NCBI RefSeq assembly: GCF_006345805.1
Contig: NC_042999.1
Coordinates: forward strand, 23,560,001 to 23,624,000
From: Octopus sinensis
Taxonomy: Eukaryota
DNA: 64,000 nucleotides
Reading direction: 5' to 3'
Positions 25,871 to 38,008 of the stretch are shown piece by piece. The position numbers were made by a program, and so were the translations under genes. The notes under the pieces are model-generated. The model was not told the origin of the DNA. It ran no database searches and saw only the letters and a program-made list of their open reading frames with translations. Every line of letters begins with the position of its first letter. Positions within the stretch are counted from its first letter, which is position 1.

Positions 25871-26212
25871 TCAAGCTCTCTCTAATTACGTATTCGGATG
25901 AAACTTTCAGGGATATTTGGTCTCATGACTGGCACGAACTGATTAGATTTTGGGATCGATTCGGTACCGGACAAGGAATCTGGGTTATTTTTTCTGTTTT
26001 TTTTTTTGCTTAATATTTGAGAGCGTCCGGCTTCATTTTTAGTATTCTCGCTTGTTTATTTCAGATGTTTTCATTTAAAAAAAAAAAACAATCTCCGGCT
26101 TAATAAACGTTGAGAGGACGTTAATGTTGCCTTGGTGGAGGTTTGCGCTCTCTGGGTGCTCTTATCATCATCATCATCATCATCATCATCGTCGTCGTCG
26201 TCGTCGTCGTTG

Positions 26213-26246
<34 letters not shown>

Positions 26247-26253
26247 TATTATT

Positions 26254-26727
26254 GAGTGAGAGAGCAGTGCATGCCATCAAAGTGACACTGGGGTAAAATA
26301 TACAAAGCCCAGTATACCCAACGTGACTACCCGTCTGATAAGGGTACATCGGGCACATGCATCACAACCACATGTGCTCAAAATAGTGATTTCATATCAA
26401 GATAAACAGTGCATGACCTTGCAGGTGGGGGCCCAGTTAGAATTTTCTTTAGTCTATCCCGCTCAAAAGGTCCCTGAATAAGAGATAAGGATGATGAACG
26501 AACCACCCATGTTTCCAGAGGGGAATTATTCAAACCGTAAAGAATTCCTCTCAACACATGGCTATGATGCTACCCACTACTTCTGCTCGTGATCAGAGAT
26601 GCACATATCGTCAGCCACTAAGGGACATGCTCAACTGGTTAAGGTCAAGCAAGTGACAAGCAAATCTGTGGTATTGAGCAGAATATTTGCTGTAGCCCAT
26701 CTTTTATACCAAGACAAAACATGTACA
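26254..26727 (+). mobile_element. Family X element (3' truncated)
   Basis: Starts gagtgagagagcagtgcatgcc immediately after attattatt. Confidence 0.8.
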
Positions 26728-26784
26728 AACATTATTTACATTGTTTACATTTGACGGATATTTGTCCTCATCTGGTTTGTTGTT

Positions 26785-26830
26785 GACACAACGTTTCGGC
26801 TGATATACCCTCCAGCCTTCATCAGGTGTC
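26785..26830 (-). ncRNA. Minimal type I hammerhead ribozyme motif in a Penelope-like fragment (~26735-26880)
   Basis: Minus strand: gacac-CTGATGA-a-ggctg gagggtatat cagcc-GAAA-CG-T-T-gtgtc. Perfect 5-bp stems I and II, palindromic ACGT stem III, GUU cleavage triplet. Confidence 0.8.
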
Positions 26831-26970
26831 TTGGGGAAATTTCGAACTTGGGCTCTCATTCCTAAGGTATTTTTCGATGTTGTTGTTGTTGATGTTGTTA
26901 TTGTTGTTGCTGTTGTTGTTGTTGTTGTTGTTCTTCTTCTTCTTCTTCTTCTTCTTCTTTTTCTTCTTAC

Positions 26971-27028
<58 letters not shown>

Positions 27029-27149
27029 TTATTTTATTTTTATAGCGTGCTTTCACTTCACTACCGAAAGAATGGAAGGCAAAGTTGATCTCGGCGGAAT
27101 TTCAACGTCGAACAGCTTTTGTGACTTTGTAGAAAAAAAATCCGACTAT

Positions 27150-27615
27150 CGGACGTGCCTACAGTGAGGATGGCCCTGTCACAAACCTTTAACAATGCAG
27201 AGCAAGCGATGTTCGTCTTCCTCTTCGGGCAAGCCCTCATCGACTTTTTAAAGATCCACTGGGGAAAGGAAAGTGAAGGTGGAAAGGGGAAGTGTACAGG
27301 TAGGGTTAGTGAATTGACTCTATACATGCACCTATAGATTAAAGAAAAAACTATTGGGTGAGGGCTCGTGCTTTTGGTAGACAGGGTGGTCCTGAATTTG
27401 TGGGGTTCCTTGTTTGACTCTAATTAGACGTTCCTCTGCATCAGGCGGATAGCATCGTCCATGCGTTCACATACTTTGTATGCTTTGTATAGTTTTTGCT
27501 CATTTCCCCTTCTCTCTTTTTCTTTCCTTCCTCGTCTTTTGTATAAAATCCCACACAAATTGTAAAAGGCCTTGTAATGTCCACCTCATCTGAGGCTCTT
27601 GTCATAAAGGAATCG
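27150..27615 (+). mobile_element. Tx1-like LINE 3' end followed by (CCT)n/(CTT)n
   Basis: FLFGQALIDFLKIHWGKES C-terminus plus T-rich UTR; microsatellite at 27620-27710. Confidence 0.7.
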
Positions 27616-27679
27616 CCCTCCCCCCTCTCCTCCTCCTCCTCCTCCGCTATATTCTTCTTCTTCTTCTTCTTCTTCTTCT

Positions 27680-27710
<31 letters not shown>

Positions 27711-27711
27711 A

Positions 27712-27925
27712 GGCGGCGAGCTGGCAGAATCGTTAGCGCGCCGGGCGAAATGCTTAGCGATATTTCGTCTGTTTTCGTGTTCTGAGTTCAAATTCCGCCG
27801 AGGTTGACTTTGCCTTTCATCCTTTCGGGGTCGATAAATTAAGTACCAGTGAAACACTGGGGTCGATATAATCGACTAGACTCCACCTCCAATTTGAGGC
27901 CTTGTGCCTCCAATAGAAAGGATTA
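27712..27925 (+). mobile_element. SINE family A (tail variant ggccttgtgcctccaatagaaagg) followed by (ATT)n
   Basis: Consensus match. Confidence 0.85.
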
Positions 27926-27935
27926 TTATTATCAC

Positions 27936-27992
<57 letters not shown>

Positions 27993-28009
27993 CATTATTA
28001 TTATTATTA

Positions 28010-28560
28010 AGACGAAGAACGCGATTCCATTGTAAGATATTTTATTGGTGGAACGATATTTCAACTGTAAGTCTGTCTTTGTCAAGTTCAAAATAAGAAG
28101 TGATAAAAATTAAAAATTATAGAAATTTAAATGTAAAGTATGAACGAGAGCAACCAGCGTCCACACGTTGATGGAATGACATCATCAATTTTTAAGTTTC
28201 AATTTTATAACAGGCGAAAAAAAAAAAAAAGACAGAAAAATCAGGAAAGAAAAAAAGAGATAATATTTAATCAAACAGATTTGCATAAATTTGATGATAT
28301 TCTCCTGTCATTTTATTAATTCCCCCAGGAATAAAATCCGTATTATCTTCAGAAATTGGGATTTCGCATTTAACCGAATAATACGAAGCAGTGTTGGGGA
28401 TAAATGTGGGCTTACGTGGGCTTGCAAAATAGCTCTGTCACTATTCTGCCTCCAGAAAACTTGACTTTTGTGTCCAAAAATTCAACGCTACTTTTTGAAA
28501 AACTAGACGTAAATTTTATGTTGGACTTGAAGCCATAGTTGATAATACAACAGTCACAGA
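28010..28560 (-). repeat. Unclassified dispersed repeat (family E), inverted relative to ~36560-37120
   Basis: gagagcaaccagcgtccacacgtt and aaatttgatgatattctcctg match the reverse complement of 36730-37050. Confidence 0.75.
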
Positions 28561-28599
28561 AATGCAAGAAGTCCATTAAACTATCCTGTGATCCTTCCC

Positions 28600-29010
28600 A
28601 GACAAAAAATACGACGGGCTTCTTTCAGTTTCCGTCTACCAAATCCACGCACAAGGCTTTGGTCGGCCCGATGCTATAGTAGAAGACACTTGCCCAAGGT
28701 GCCACGCAGCGAGACTGAACCCGTAACCATGTGGTTCGTAAGCAAGCTACTTACCATACAGCCATTCCTGCGCTTGTAAACAAAAAAGAGAAAGGCTCTT
28801 GCCCTGTTGTTCACCCATGACTTTTGTGGGTTTTTTCACGAGGGCCTTAATGCGCATCCCCTATTGAGAGTTTTAAATCATTTAATTTTTAATCGTTATA
28901 TATACTGTTTACACGTTGTAAAACCCATTGCATCGTACTGTTTTTGTCTTTTATATTGTTGTATGTCTCTTAATGTAATTTAATGTAAGCCCTTGTGGCC
29001 AATAAACGAA
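28600..29010. mobile_element. SINE B head (-, 28600-28765) plus Tx1-like 3' UTR (+, ~28790-29010)
   Basis: Consensus matches; the UTR ends gcccttgtggccaataaacgaatttattatta. Confidence 0.7.
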
Positions 29011-29122
29011 TTTATTATTATTGGGTTGGCAACTAAGTCCCCGCCGTTTTTTTTAAATTTTGGAATTTATTCCGTTCTTAAATTTTGGAATTTATGTTTT
29101 TCGAGAATTCTATTTTTGAATC

Positions 29123-29752
29123 ATTACCTTTGCCAAGGAAGGAAGTTATGTTTTCATCGGCGTTGGTTTGTCCATCTGTCCGTCTGTCCGTCTGTGTGCA
29201 AAATAACTCAAATAGTTGTGGGTGGTATTTGATGAAACTTGCAGGAAAAGTTGGTAATGACACAAGGAACAGATGATGCAATTTTGGTAGTGATTCGGGA
29301 ACTTTTATGGATTCTTGGGGTTTTTTCATTTATTATATTTACTTTACATGAAGTATTACAATGTTACGTTCTTTGATTATCTCCCTTGAAAACACGTTCA
29401 TCATTTCAACGTAACCTATGGTGGCGTTGCTGTTTCCAAAGTTTATTTTCGTTTCTCTATTAGTAATTTTACTCGTGTTGTGAGTGTATCAGTCAAGTTT
29501 TAGGTAATTGTTGTTTCTTTTTAGTTGTATGGTGAAACTAGCTTGCTGTTGTCATTGATGTATTATAACTGCTTCAGATTTTAAAGTTTTTTTAAAAAAT
29601 CATATAGCTGTGTTATTTTTTTTACCCCTGCCAAGGAGGTTATGTTTTTGCCAGCGTTTGTTTGGGAAATTCGGTGATTTTTAGCATGCGTGTATATGTG
29701 TGGAAATGAGCTGCTTGGCGGAGGTCTGCGCTCTCCGAGTGCGTTTCTAGTT
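29123..29752 (+). mobile_element. Helentron-associated non-autonomous (HINE/DINE-1-like) element nested in the mariner 5' UTR
   Basis: 5' attacc..gccaagga(a)ggaagttatgttttc, short (gtcc)n tract, subterminal cttggcggagg, 3' hairpin gcgctctccgagtgc, end ctagtt. A similar 3' end is at 26131-26163. Confidence 0.65.
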
Positions 29753-29819
29753 TTGGAATCTTTTTTTTTTTTTTTCTAGTTAATTTTAGTTAATTTTTGT
29801 TTATTTTTAGATCATTAAA

Positions 29820-30863
29820 ATGGAATGTCAAGTTAAGAAAAACGAGAAACTTCGACAACTCCTTTTTGTTTTTAATCAAGGGTCTAAGGCCGCAAAAGCA
29901 ACTCGCGACATTTGTGCTGTGTGTGGAGAGGGTGCCATAGCTGAAAGAACCGCTCGTGATTGGTATGCCAAGTTCAAAAATGGAAATTTTGACCTCAAAC
30001 ACGCACATCGTTCTGGCCGTCCAGTTGAGTTCGATGAAGAGCGATTAAACCAACTTTTGCACGAAGATTTTCGTCAAGCTACAAGGGAACTGGCAGAGAA
30101 AATGGAATTCTCCTACACTGCTATAGAGAAGCATCTTCACTCGATGGGAAAGGTTCAGAAGTATGGAGCATGGGTTCCGCATGCTCTAAGTGATGACAAC
30201 AAAAATCAACGAGCCACAATCTCCGCTGGTTTGCTTGCTCGTCACCGCTCAACTCATGGACACAAGCAACAATTTCTTTACCGAATCGTTACTAGTGACG
30301 GAAAATGGTGCATGTTCATGAATATGAAGCAGCGTAAGGAATGGCTTAGCACCGGTAAACAAACGACACTGCGCGTGACACAAGATCTTCATCCGCGTAA
30401 AATGATGTTGTGCGTATGGTGGGACTGGGAAGGGATTATCCATTACGAATTGCTTGAACGGAATCAAACGGTCAACGCGGAACTCTATGTTCAAAAGATG
30501 GAACGATTCAACACGGCTATTCAAGAGAAAAGACCTAATCGGCAGCATGGAGTTCTTCTGCTGCACGACAACGCCCGCCCTCATATCGCCAATATGACCA
30601 AGGAAGCCGTTCAAACGCATGGCTAGGAAGTGCTGCTACACCCGCCGTACTCTCCTGATTTGGCACCAACGGATTTCCACCTCTTTCGATCTCTTTTAAA
30701 TGCTATGTGCAGTGTTTCGCTCAATACTGATGCAGGATTGAGAGCTTGGTTGGATCAATTTTTCGAGTCGAAATTGGGTGATTTCTAACAATGAGGTATG
30801 GAAAATCTTGTTGAACGTTGGGAAGAAGTTGTAAACAACAAGGGTGAATACATTATTGATTAA
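29820..30863 (+). pseudogene. Mariner transposase pseudogene
   Basis: HTH region RSGRP, WVPHAL, IVTSDGKW (for GDEKW), HDNARPH, YSPDLAPTD; in-frame stops at 30624-30626 and near 30786-30794; natural stop at 30861-30863. Confidence 0.92.
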
Positions 30864-31057
30864 TTAGTTGTTATTTTTTATTAAACCTTTTAAAAGATTT
30901 AAATAAAAAAAAACAGCGGGAGCTTAGTTGCCAACCTATTATTATTATTATTGTTGTTGTTGTTGTTGTTGTTGTTATTATCACCACCATCATCATCATC
31001 ATCATCATTAATATTATTATTGTTGTTGTTGTTGTTATTATTATTATTATTATTATT

Positions 31058-31609
31058 GGGTTAGAGAGCAGTGCATGCCATTAAAGTGACACTGGGGTAA
31101 AATATACGATACCCAGTATACCCATCATAACTACCCGTCTGATAAGGGTACACCAGGCACTTGCATCACAACCATATGTGCTCGACATGGTGATCTTATA
31201 TCAAGATAAACAGCGCATGACCTTGCAGGTGGGACCCAGTTAGAATTTTTTGGGGGTCGGGTAGCCCATCCCGCTCAATAGATCCCTGAATAAGGATTGT
31301 TTAAGGATGTTGAACGAAACACCCATGTTTCCAGGGGTGAATTATCCAAGCCTCCAAGAATTCCTTTCAACACACGGCTATGATGCTCCCCCACTACTTC
31401 TGCCCGTCGTCAGAGATGCACATATCGTCAGCCACTAAGGGACATGGTCAACTGGTTAAGGTCAATCAACTGACAAGCAATTTGTGGTACTGAGCAGAAT
31501 ATTTGCTGTAGCCCATCTTTTATACAAAGACAAAACAATGTACATGATAGCACTTCCAATCAGTTAAGATCAGAAGCCTCGAGAGCCACTGTCTGGTACT
31601 GCATCAGGG

Positions 31610-31610
<1 letters not shown>
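31058..31610 (+). mobile_element. Family X element, full length
   Basis: (ATT)n | gggttagagagcagtgc ... ggtactgcatcagggc | (ATT)n. Confidence 0.85.
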
Positions 31611-31679
<69 letters not shown>

Positions 31680-31688
31680 GTTATTATT

Positions 31689-31993
31689 GTGGAGGCGCAA
31701 TGGCCCATTGGTTAGGTCAGTGGACTCGCGGTCGGAGGATCGCGGTTTCGATTCCCAGACCGGGCGTTGTGTGTGTTTATTGAGCGAAAACACCTAAATC
31801 CTCCACGGGGCTCCGGCAGGGGTGGTGGCGACCCTTGTTGTACTCTTTCGCCCCAACTTTCTCTCACTCTTTCTTCCTGTTTCTTGAGTAACTCTGCGAT
31901 GGACTGGCGTCCCGTCCAGCTGGGGAGGACGCATATGCCGTAGAAACCGGGAAACCGGGCCCATGAGCCTGGCTAGGCTTGAAAAGGGCGCAT
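31689..31993 (+). mobile_element. SINE family D variant
   Basis: gtggaggcgcaatggcccattggttagg head, ggtttcgattcc B box, gcgatggactggcgtcccgtccagc; a related copy is at ~32555-32880. Confidence 0.8.
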
Positions 31994-32013
31994 AAATAAA
32001 TATTAAAAAAAAA

Positions 32014-32067
<54 letters not shown>

Positions 32068-32070
<3 letters not shown>

Positions 32071-32530
32071 TGAAAGGGCTAAAGACAGACACTTTCCTCT
32101 TTGGTCAAGGCCTCATCAACTTTTTCAAGTTTCACTTGAAAAGGAAGATGAGGTTAGAGAGGAAAGTGCTGTCCGATAGCAAGTTTTATGAAAGGTGGGT
32201 GAATTGTGAGAGACTGGCCTGTATAAATGGACCAGTTCTCAGGTTTCGCCTGTGATTTCTATAAGGTAATGTAAAAGGAGAAAAAAAGGGGACTCTCTAC
32301 ACCCCTTTTTTGACCAGGCTCCCGTTGGCTAAGGTAGGGTTTTTTCCACCAGGAACCTTTCGAAACGTCTCCCCCTTTTGGGAGTTTTTCATTGTTAAAT
32401 GTTTTAAATGTTATTAAGTTTTTACTCGATGTTTTTCAAATACGGACAAAGCCCTTTGTAACCTTTCGTCCTGTCTTGTCCCTTCATGTTTCAAATCATG
32501 CGTGTCAGCCCTTGTGGCCAATAAAAAAGA
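32068..32530 (+). mobile_element. Tx1-like LINE 3' fragment within (TTA)n
   Basis: LKGLKTDTFLFGQGLINFFKFHLKRKMRLERK..RFRL* plus UTR ending gcccttgtggccaataaaa; TTA arrays on both sides. Confidence 0.85.
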
Positions 32531-33404
32531 ATTAATTATTATTATTATTATTATCGCGTGGCTTAGTGGTTAGAATGTTCGGCTCGCGATCGTAAAGTTG
32601 CAAGTTCTATTCCCGGCGGTGTGATGTATCCTTGAGCAAGACACTTTATTTTACGCTGCTCCAGTTCACTTTAAAATGCCAAAAATGTGTAGTGCCTGTA
32701 TTTCAAGGCCGGCCTTGTCACTCTCTCTCTCTCTCCGTCACGCTAAATCTCCCTGAGAACTATATTAAGGGTACGCGTGTCTGTGGAATGCTCAGCCACT
32801 TGCACGTTAGTTTTTACGAGTAGACTGTTCCGCTGATCGGATCGACTGGAGCGCTCGTCGTCGTAAGCGACGGAGTGCCAGTTATTATTTAAGGTAGCAA
32901 GCTGGCAGAGTCGTTAACACGCGGGACACAATGTTTAGCGTATTTCTTCCGGCTCTTCAGGTTCTGGGTTCTGATTAGATACCTTTCATAGTCGCACCAA
33001 GACACTTTTCGAAGGTGCTTTCCTCCATATGTTCAAATCTTCTTTTTTCTCTACATTGTATACTTTATAGACAATAGACTTTTCTTTAATTTAATTTTTT
33101 ATTATCCATCTGGACTATTCCATTTCTGCATGCTAATTTTATTTTCAATTTATTCCCATTCATGTCAAACCACTTATTCAAGTTCAAGTCATGATGCAAT
33201 TTTATACCAATTGCTATTTTTACTTTTTTTTATGTTACGATCATATTATACTTTAGTTTGGTTTTAATTATTACTTACTACATATAATTCAATTGTTATT
33301 ATTATTTTTATTGTTAAAGTGAAAGTATCTGACATAAAATAGAGAAACGTTTTTGTTTCACTTTTAACACGTAATACTGAAATAGTGGAGAAGATATGAT
33401 ATTG

Positions 33405-33574
33405 CTATGGGGTCGCTCTAGGCAAGAAGTTGAACTTTTTTTTGCCGATGACACTCCCCGGACCCTAAGTAAGGCATGTGTAAAATTTGAATGAAATTGG
33501 TTATGTAGTTCTCAAGTTTTAGGGAAACACACAGACAGACAGACAGACACACATTCTCAGTTTTATATATATAG

Positions 33575-33575
<1 letters not shown>
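33405..33575 (+). mobile_element. 3' end of a second Helitron/Helentron-like family
   Basis: aaatttgaatgaaattgg..(gaca)n..ttttatatatatagat terminus; the 5' limit is not determined. Confidence 0.55.
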
Positions 33576-33646
<71 letters not shown>

Positions 33647-33649
<3 letters not shown>

Positions 33650-35784
33650 TAGTTTTATTTTTATAGCGTGCTTTCACTTCACTACCGAGCGCAGCTCTGT
33701 GTGCCTTGGGTATGTGCTGTGATTTGTTGTGATGCTCTGATGGTTATTGTATGGAAAGTGTTCTGCGTAGGATGTGTGCAGTGCCTAGTAGTGCAATTTT
33801 CTGTATGTTATATGTGTTTGTAAGTCCTGGTGTTTTTGTTATGTATTTGTCTGAATATTTTTTTATCATGCCTAATGCACCTACTATGATAGGAATTGTT
33901 TCTGTTTTCAGGTTCCACATTCTATTTATCTCTATTTCCAGGTCTTTGTATTTTGAGAGTTTCTCCATTTCTTTTAGAGACACGTTGTCATCTGCCGGTA
34001 TTGATACATCAATTAGAAAGCATTTTTTTTCTTCATGATCTCTGACAACTATATCTGGTCTGTTGGCCTTAATTTCTCTATCTGTGTGTATCGGCATATC
34101 CCAGAGTATGGTTGCTTTCTCGTTTTCTGTGACCTTTTCTGGTGTGTGCCTATACCATCTTTTTTCTGTTGTTATTCCATAATGTTGGCATAGCTTCCAA
34201 TGTATGTAGGTTCCAACTCTGTCATGTCTGTGAATATATTCCTTCTTAGCCAAGACTGGGCAGCTAGAGATAATATGATTTATTGTTTCTTGTCCATCTC
34301 CACATATTCTGCAGTTACTTGTAATATTTCTTTTCATTAGATGTTTTTGGTAATTTCTGGTGGGGAGGCTTTGGTCTTGTGCTGCAATTAAAAATCCCTC
34401 TGTTTCTGCTTTGAGTCCTGAGCTTCTCAACCATTGCTGGGATTTTTCTTTGTCTATTTATTTTGCGTTTAGTTTAGTGCAGTATTTACCACGAAGGGGC
34501 TTTTCTTGCCATCGTTTTATCATGGCTCGTTGCTGTTCTATTTTTAGTTTGGATTTCATTTGTTTTATAGCTTTTGTTGTTTCTTCATCATCTTCTTCTT
34601 CTTCTTTGTGTTTATTAGGTGGTATGATTTCTTGTTTGTATTTGTCAGCTTCCTTAAATACTGAGAACAGTTTTTTGTTTTGCTCGTGTTTTGCTGCTAT
34701 CTGGATCAGTTTTCCTTCCTTCTGAAGTAGGTATTTTTGCAGTCCTATGGTGGTTATTTTATAGTAGTTTTCCAGCTGTATAAAGCCTCTACCACCTTCT
34801 ATACGTTGTATATATAATCTTTCTATGTCAGATTTTGGGTGATGCATCCTAGATCCTGTCAGTATTTTTCTTGTTTTCCTATCTATTTTGGACAGTTCAT
34901 TTCGTGTCCAGTTAAGGATATTGTAGCTGTAACTTATAACTGGGACAGCTAAAGTGTTGATACCTATTATCTTGTTTTTAGTATTGAGCTCTGTTTTTAG
35001 TATTGATCTAACTCGTCTATAATATTCTTTTTTTTTCTCTTTCATTTGTGTGTGTTGTGTCTTATCTAGTTCATGGATTCCTAAGTATTTGTAAGTTTGG
35101 CTTTGGTCTAATTCTTTTATTTCATTGGTTTTATCTAGTGTGATGTTGTTACTCTTAACTAGTTTTCCTCTTTTCATGGTTACTTTGGCGCATTTTTCTA
35201 ATCCAAATTTCATATCTATTTCTCTGGTAAATCCATGAACTGTCTTTAATAGTGTTTCCAGCTGTTTGTCATTTGCAGCGTATAGTTTTAGGTCATCCAT
35301 ATATAAAAGGTGGCTGATCGTTTTGCCGTAACATTTATATCCGCATCCAGTTCTATTTAGCATATCAGATAGAGGTGACAGTGCCAAGCAGAAAAGGAGT
35401 GGAGAGAGCGTGTCTCCCTGGAATATTCCTCTTCTAATGGGGATGTCTTTGGTTTTCATGAGTCCCTCTTTTGTTTGGAGGTGTAGGACTGTTTGCCATT
35501 TATTCATAGAGTGCTCTATGAATTTTATGATTGTTGGTGCTACTTTGTTAATGGCTAGTGTTTCGAGGATCCATGTGTGGGGGATGCTATCAAACGCCTT
35601 TTTGTAGTCAATCCAGGCCATACTGAGGCCTTTCTTCTTTCTGTGGCTGTCTTCAGTTATGGCTTTATTAATCATTAGTTGATCTTTACAGCCATATGAG
35701 CCCTTGCGGTATCCTTTCTGCTCTTCTGGGAACAGTTTGTTTTCGTCCAGGTGCTTGTTCAGCCTTTGCGATATCACTGAACAT
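33647..35784 (-). mobile_element. Young 5'-truncated R4/Dong-clade LINE (RT plus RLE endonuclease) in (TAA)n
   Basis: ORFs 34458..35777 and 33744..34430 share one frame, broken by a single TAA. Motifs: DYKKAFDS, FQGDTLSPLLF, YMDD, CRICGDGQETINHIISSC, RHD, RPDIV, IDVSIP, EKLSKY. TAA arrays at both junctions. Confidence 0.95.
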
Positions 35785-35805
35785 AATTATTATTATTATT
35801 ATTAT

Positions 35806-36525
35806 TCGGCACGGAAGTGCCGTCAGCCGGGCCTGCCCGAGGTGTTGCCAGGACGACGAAACCGTTCTGCACGCACTCGTCCAGTGCCCGAGTATTGCTG
35901 AAATATGGGTTTATGTCGAACAGCTACTGTCACGTGTAGGACGGATCCGACTATCGGCCGAATCCATAGTGAAGATTGCCCCGCCGACCTCCTTTAACAA
36001 GGAGGGCGAGGCCGTTTTCTTGTGCCTAGTGGCTGTGGCGAAAGAGGTGGTGTGGTGGACTCGTTTGAAAGGGCTAAAGACAGACACTTTCCTCTTTGGT
36101 CAAGGCCTCATCAACTTTTTCAAGTTTCACTTGAAAAGGAAGATGAGGTTAGAGAGGAAAGTGCTGTCCGATAGCAAGTTTTATGAAGGTGGGTGAATTG
36201 TGCGAGACTGGCCTGTATAAATGGACCAGTTCTCAGGTTTCGCCTGTGATTTCAAAAAGGTAATACAAAAGGAGAAAAAAGGGGACTCTCTACACCCCCT
36301 TTTTAGACCAGGCTCCCGTTGGCTTTTGTAGGGTTTTTTCCACCAGGAACCTTTCGAAACGTCTCCCCCTTTTGGGAGTTTTTCATTGTTGAATTTTATA
36401 GTTTGTTATAAAGATTTTTACTCGATGTTTTTAAAAAACGGCAAAACCCTTTGTAACCTTTCGTCCTGTCTTGTCCCTTTATGTAATCATGCGTGTCAGC
36501 CCTTGTGGCCAATAAAAAAGAATTG
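35806..36525 (+). mobile_element. Tx1-like LINE 3' fragment (zinc knuckle to 3' UTR) in (TTA)n
   Basis: CPRCCQDDETVLHALVQCP..; near-identical to 32068-32530 where they overlap. Confidence 0.9.
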
Positions 36526-36559
<34 letters not shown>

Positions 36560-36561
<2 letters not shown>

Positions 36562-37117
36562 ACAATAACAGTAGTTCGACAGAACTTGCTGAACATTTCG
36601 TTTCAAGCAGCTTCAGTTTTGAAGAAGATTTTGAAAGTGCATATTCTCAAAAAATATTCTGAATCTGCTCAGAATGTATGAGGAGAAATATGTTTGCGGG
36701 TTATTAACAACTCGCCCTCGAGGAATGAATAAAATCACAGGAGAATATCATCAAATTTATACAAAACTGTTTGATTTAAAAATTCTTCTTTCTCTCTTTT
36801 TACTTTCCTTTTTTTTCTCTGTCGTCTTCTTTTTTCTATTTTTTTCTGTCTTTTTCTTTTCGCCTTTTATAAAATTGAAATTTAAAAACTGATGATGTCA
36901 TTCCATTAACGTGTGGACGCTGGTTGCTCTCGTTCATACTTTACATTTGAATTTCTATAATTTTTAATTTTTATCACTTCATATTTTGAACTTGACAAAG
37001 AAAGACTTACTGTTGAAATATCGTTCAACCAATAAAATATCTTACAATCGAATCGCACACTTCGTCTTGACTTCAGTGCTTGACCTTTGTGAAGAGTTAC
37101 GTCAACCCTTTTAAAAA

Positions 37118-37120
<3 letters not shown>
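36560..37120 (+). repeat. Unclassified dispersed repeat (family E)
   Basis: Inverted match to 28010-28560; bounded by TAA/TTA arrays. Confidence 0.7.
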
Positions 37121-37160
<40 letters not shown>

Positions 37161-37163
37161 ATT

Positions 37164-37620
37164 AAAGTCAGACACTTTCCTCTTTGGTCAAGGCCTCATC
37201 AACTTTTTCAAGTTTCACTTGAAAAGGAAGATGAGGTTAGAGAGGAGAGTGCTGTGTGATAGCAAGTTTTCTGAAAGGTGCGTGAATTGTGCAAGAATGG
37301 CCAGTATAAACGGACCATTTCTGAGGTTTCGCCTGTAATTGAAAAAGGTATTATAAAAGGAGAAAGGGGCTCTCTACCCCCCTTTTGACCAGGCTCCCAT
37401 GGCTTTTATGGGTTTTTCCACGTGAGACCTTATCTTTTTTCGAAGCGTCTCCTCTATTAGGAGTTTTGTAAATTGTTGAATTTTTTCGTTGCTGTAAAGC
37501 TTGTTTACACGGACTTTTTTCTTTTGAAAAATAGACAAAACCTTTTGTAACCTTTTGTCCGTCCCTTTATGTTTTCCAATCATATTTGTCAGCCCTTGTG
37601 GCCAATAAAAAGAATTAATT
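37164..37620 (+). mobile_element. Tx1-like LINE 3' fragment, related subfamily
   Basis: DTFLFGQGLINFFKFHLKRKMRLERRV..; UTR ends cagcccttgtggccaataaaaagaattaattatt. Confidence 0.85.
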
Positions 37621-37636
37621 ATTATTATTATTATTT

Positions 37637-37713
<77 letters not shown>

Positions 37714-37716
<3 letters not shown>

Positions 37717-37922
37717 TAGTTTTATTTTTATAGCGTGCTTTCACTTCACTACCGAGCGCAGCTCTGTGTGCCTTGGGTATGTGCTGTGATTTGTTGTGAT
37801 GCTCTGATGGTTATTGTATGGAAAGTGTTCTGCGTAGGATGTGTGCAGTGCCTAGTAGTGCAATTTTCTGTATGTTATATGTGTTTGTAAGTCCTGGTGT
37901 TTTTGTTATGTATTTGTCTGAA

Positions 37923-38008
<86 letters not shown>

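Larger units (their letters stand above)
29021..30939 (+). mobile_element. Mariner (DD34D) transposon carrying a nested 630-bp insertion
   Basis: TA flanks; TIR ttgggttggcaactaagtccccgccg / cagcgggagcttagttgccaacctat. Removing 29123-29752 leaves ~1.29 kb, the usual mariner size. Confidence 0.92.

Noticed and set aside
30249-30620. Antisense ORFs over transposase and LINE frames (also 33751-34038, 34360-34725, 60608-61312)
   Set aside because: Shadow frames of mobile-element coding sequence.
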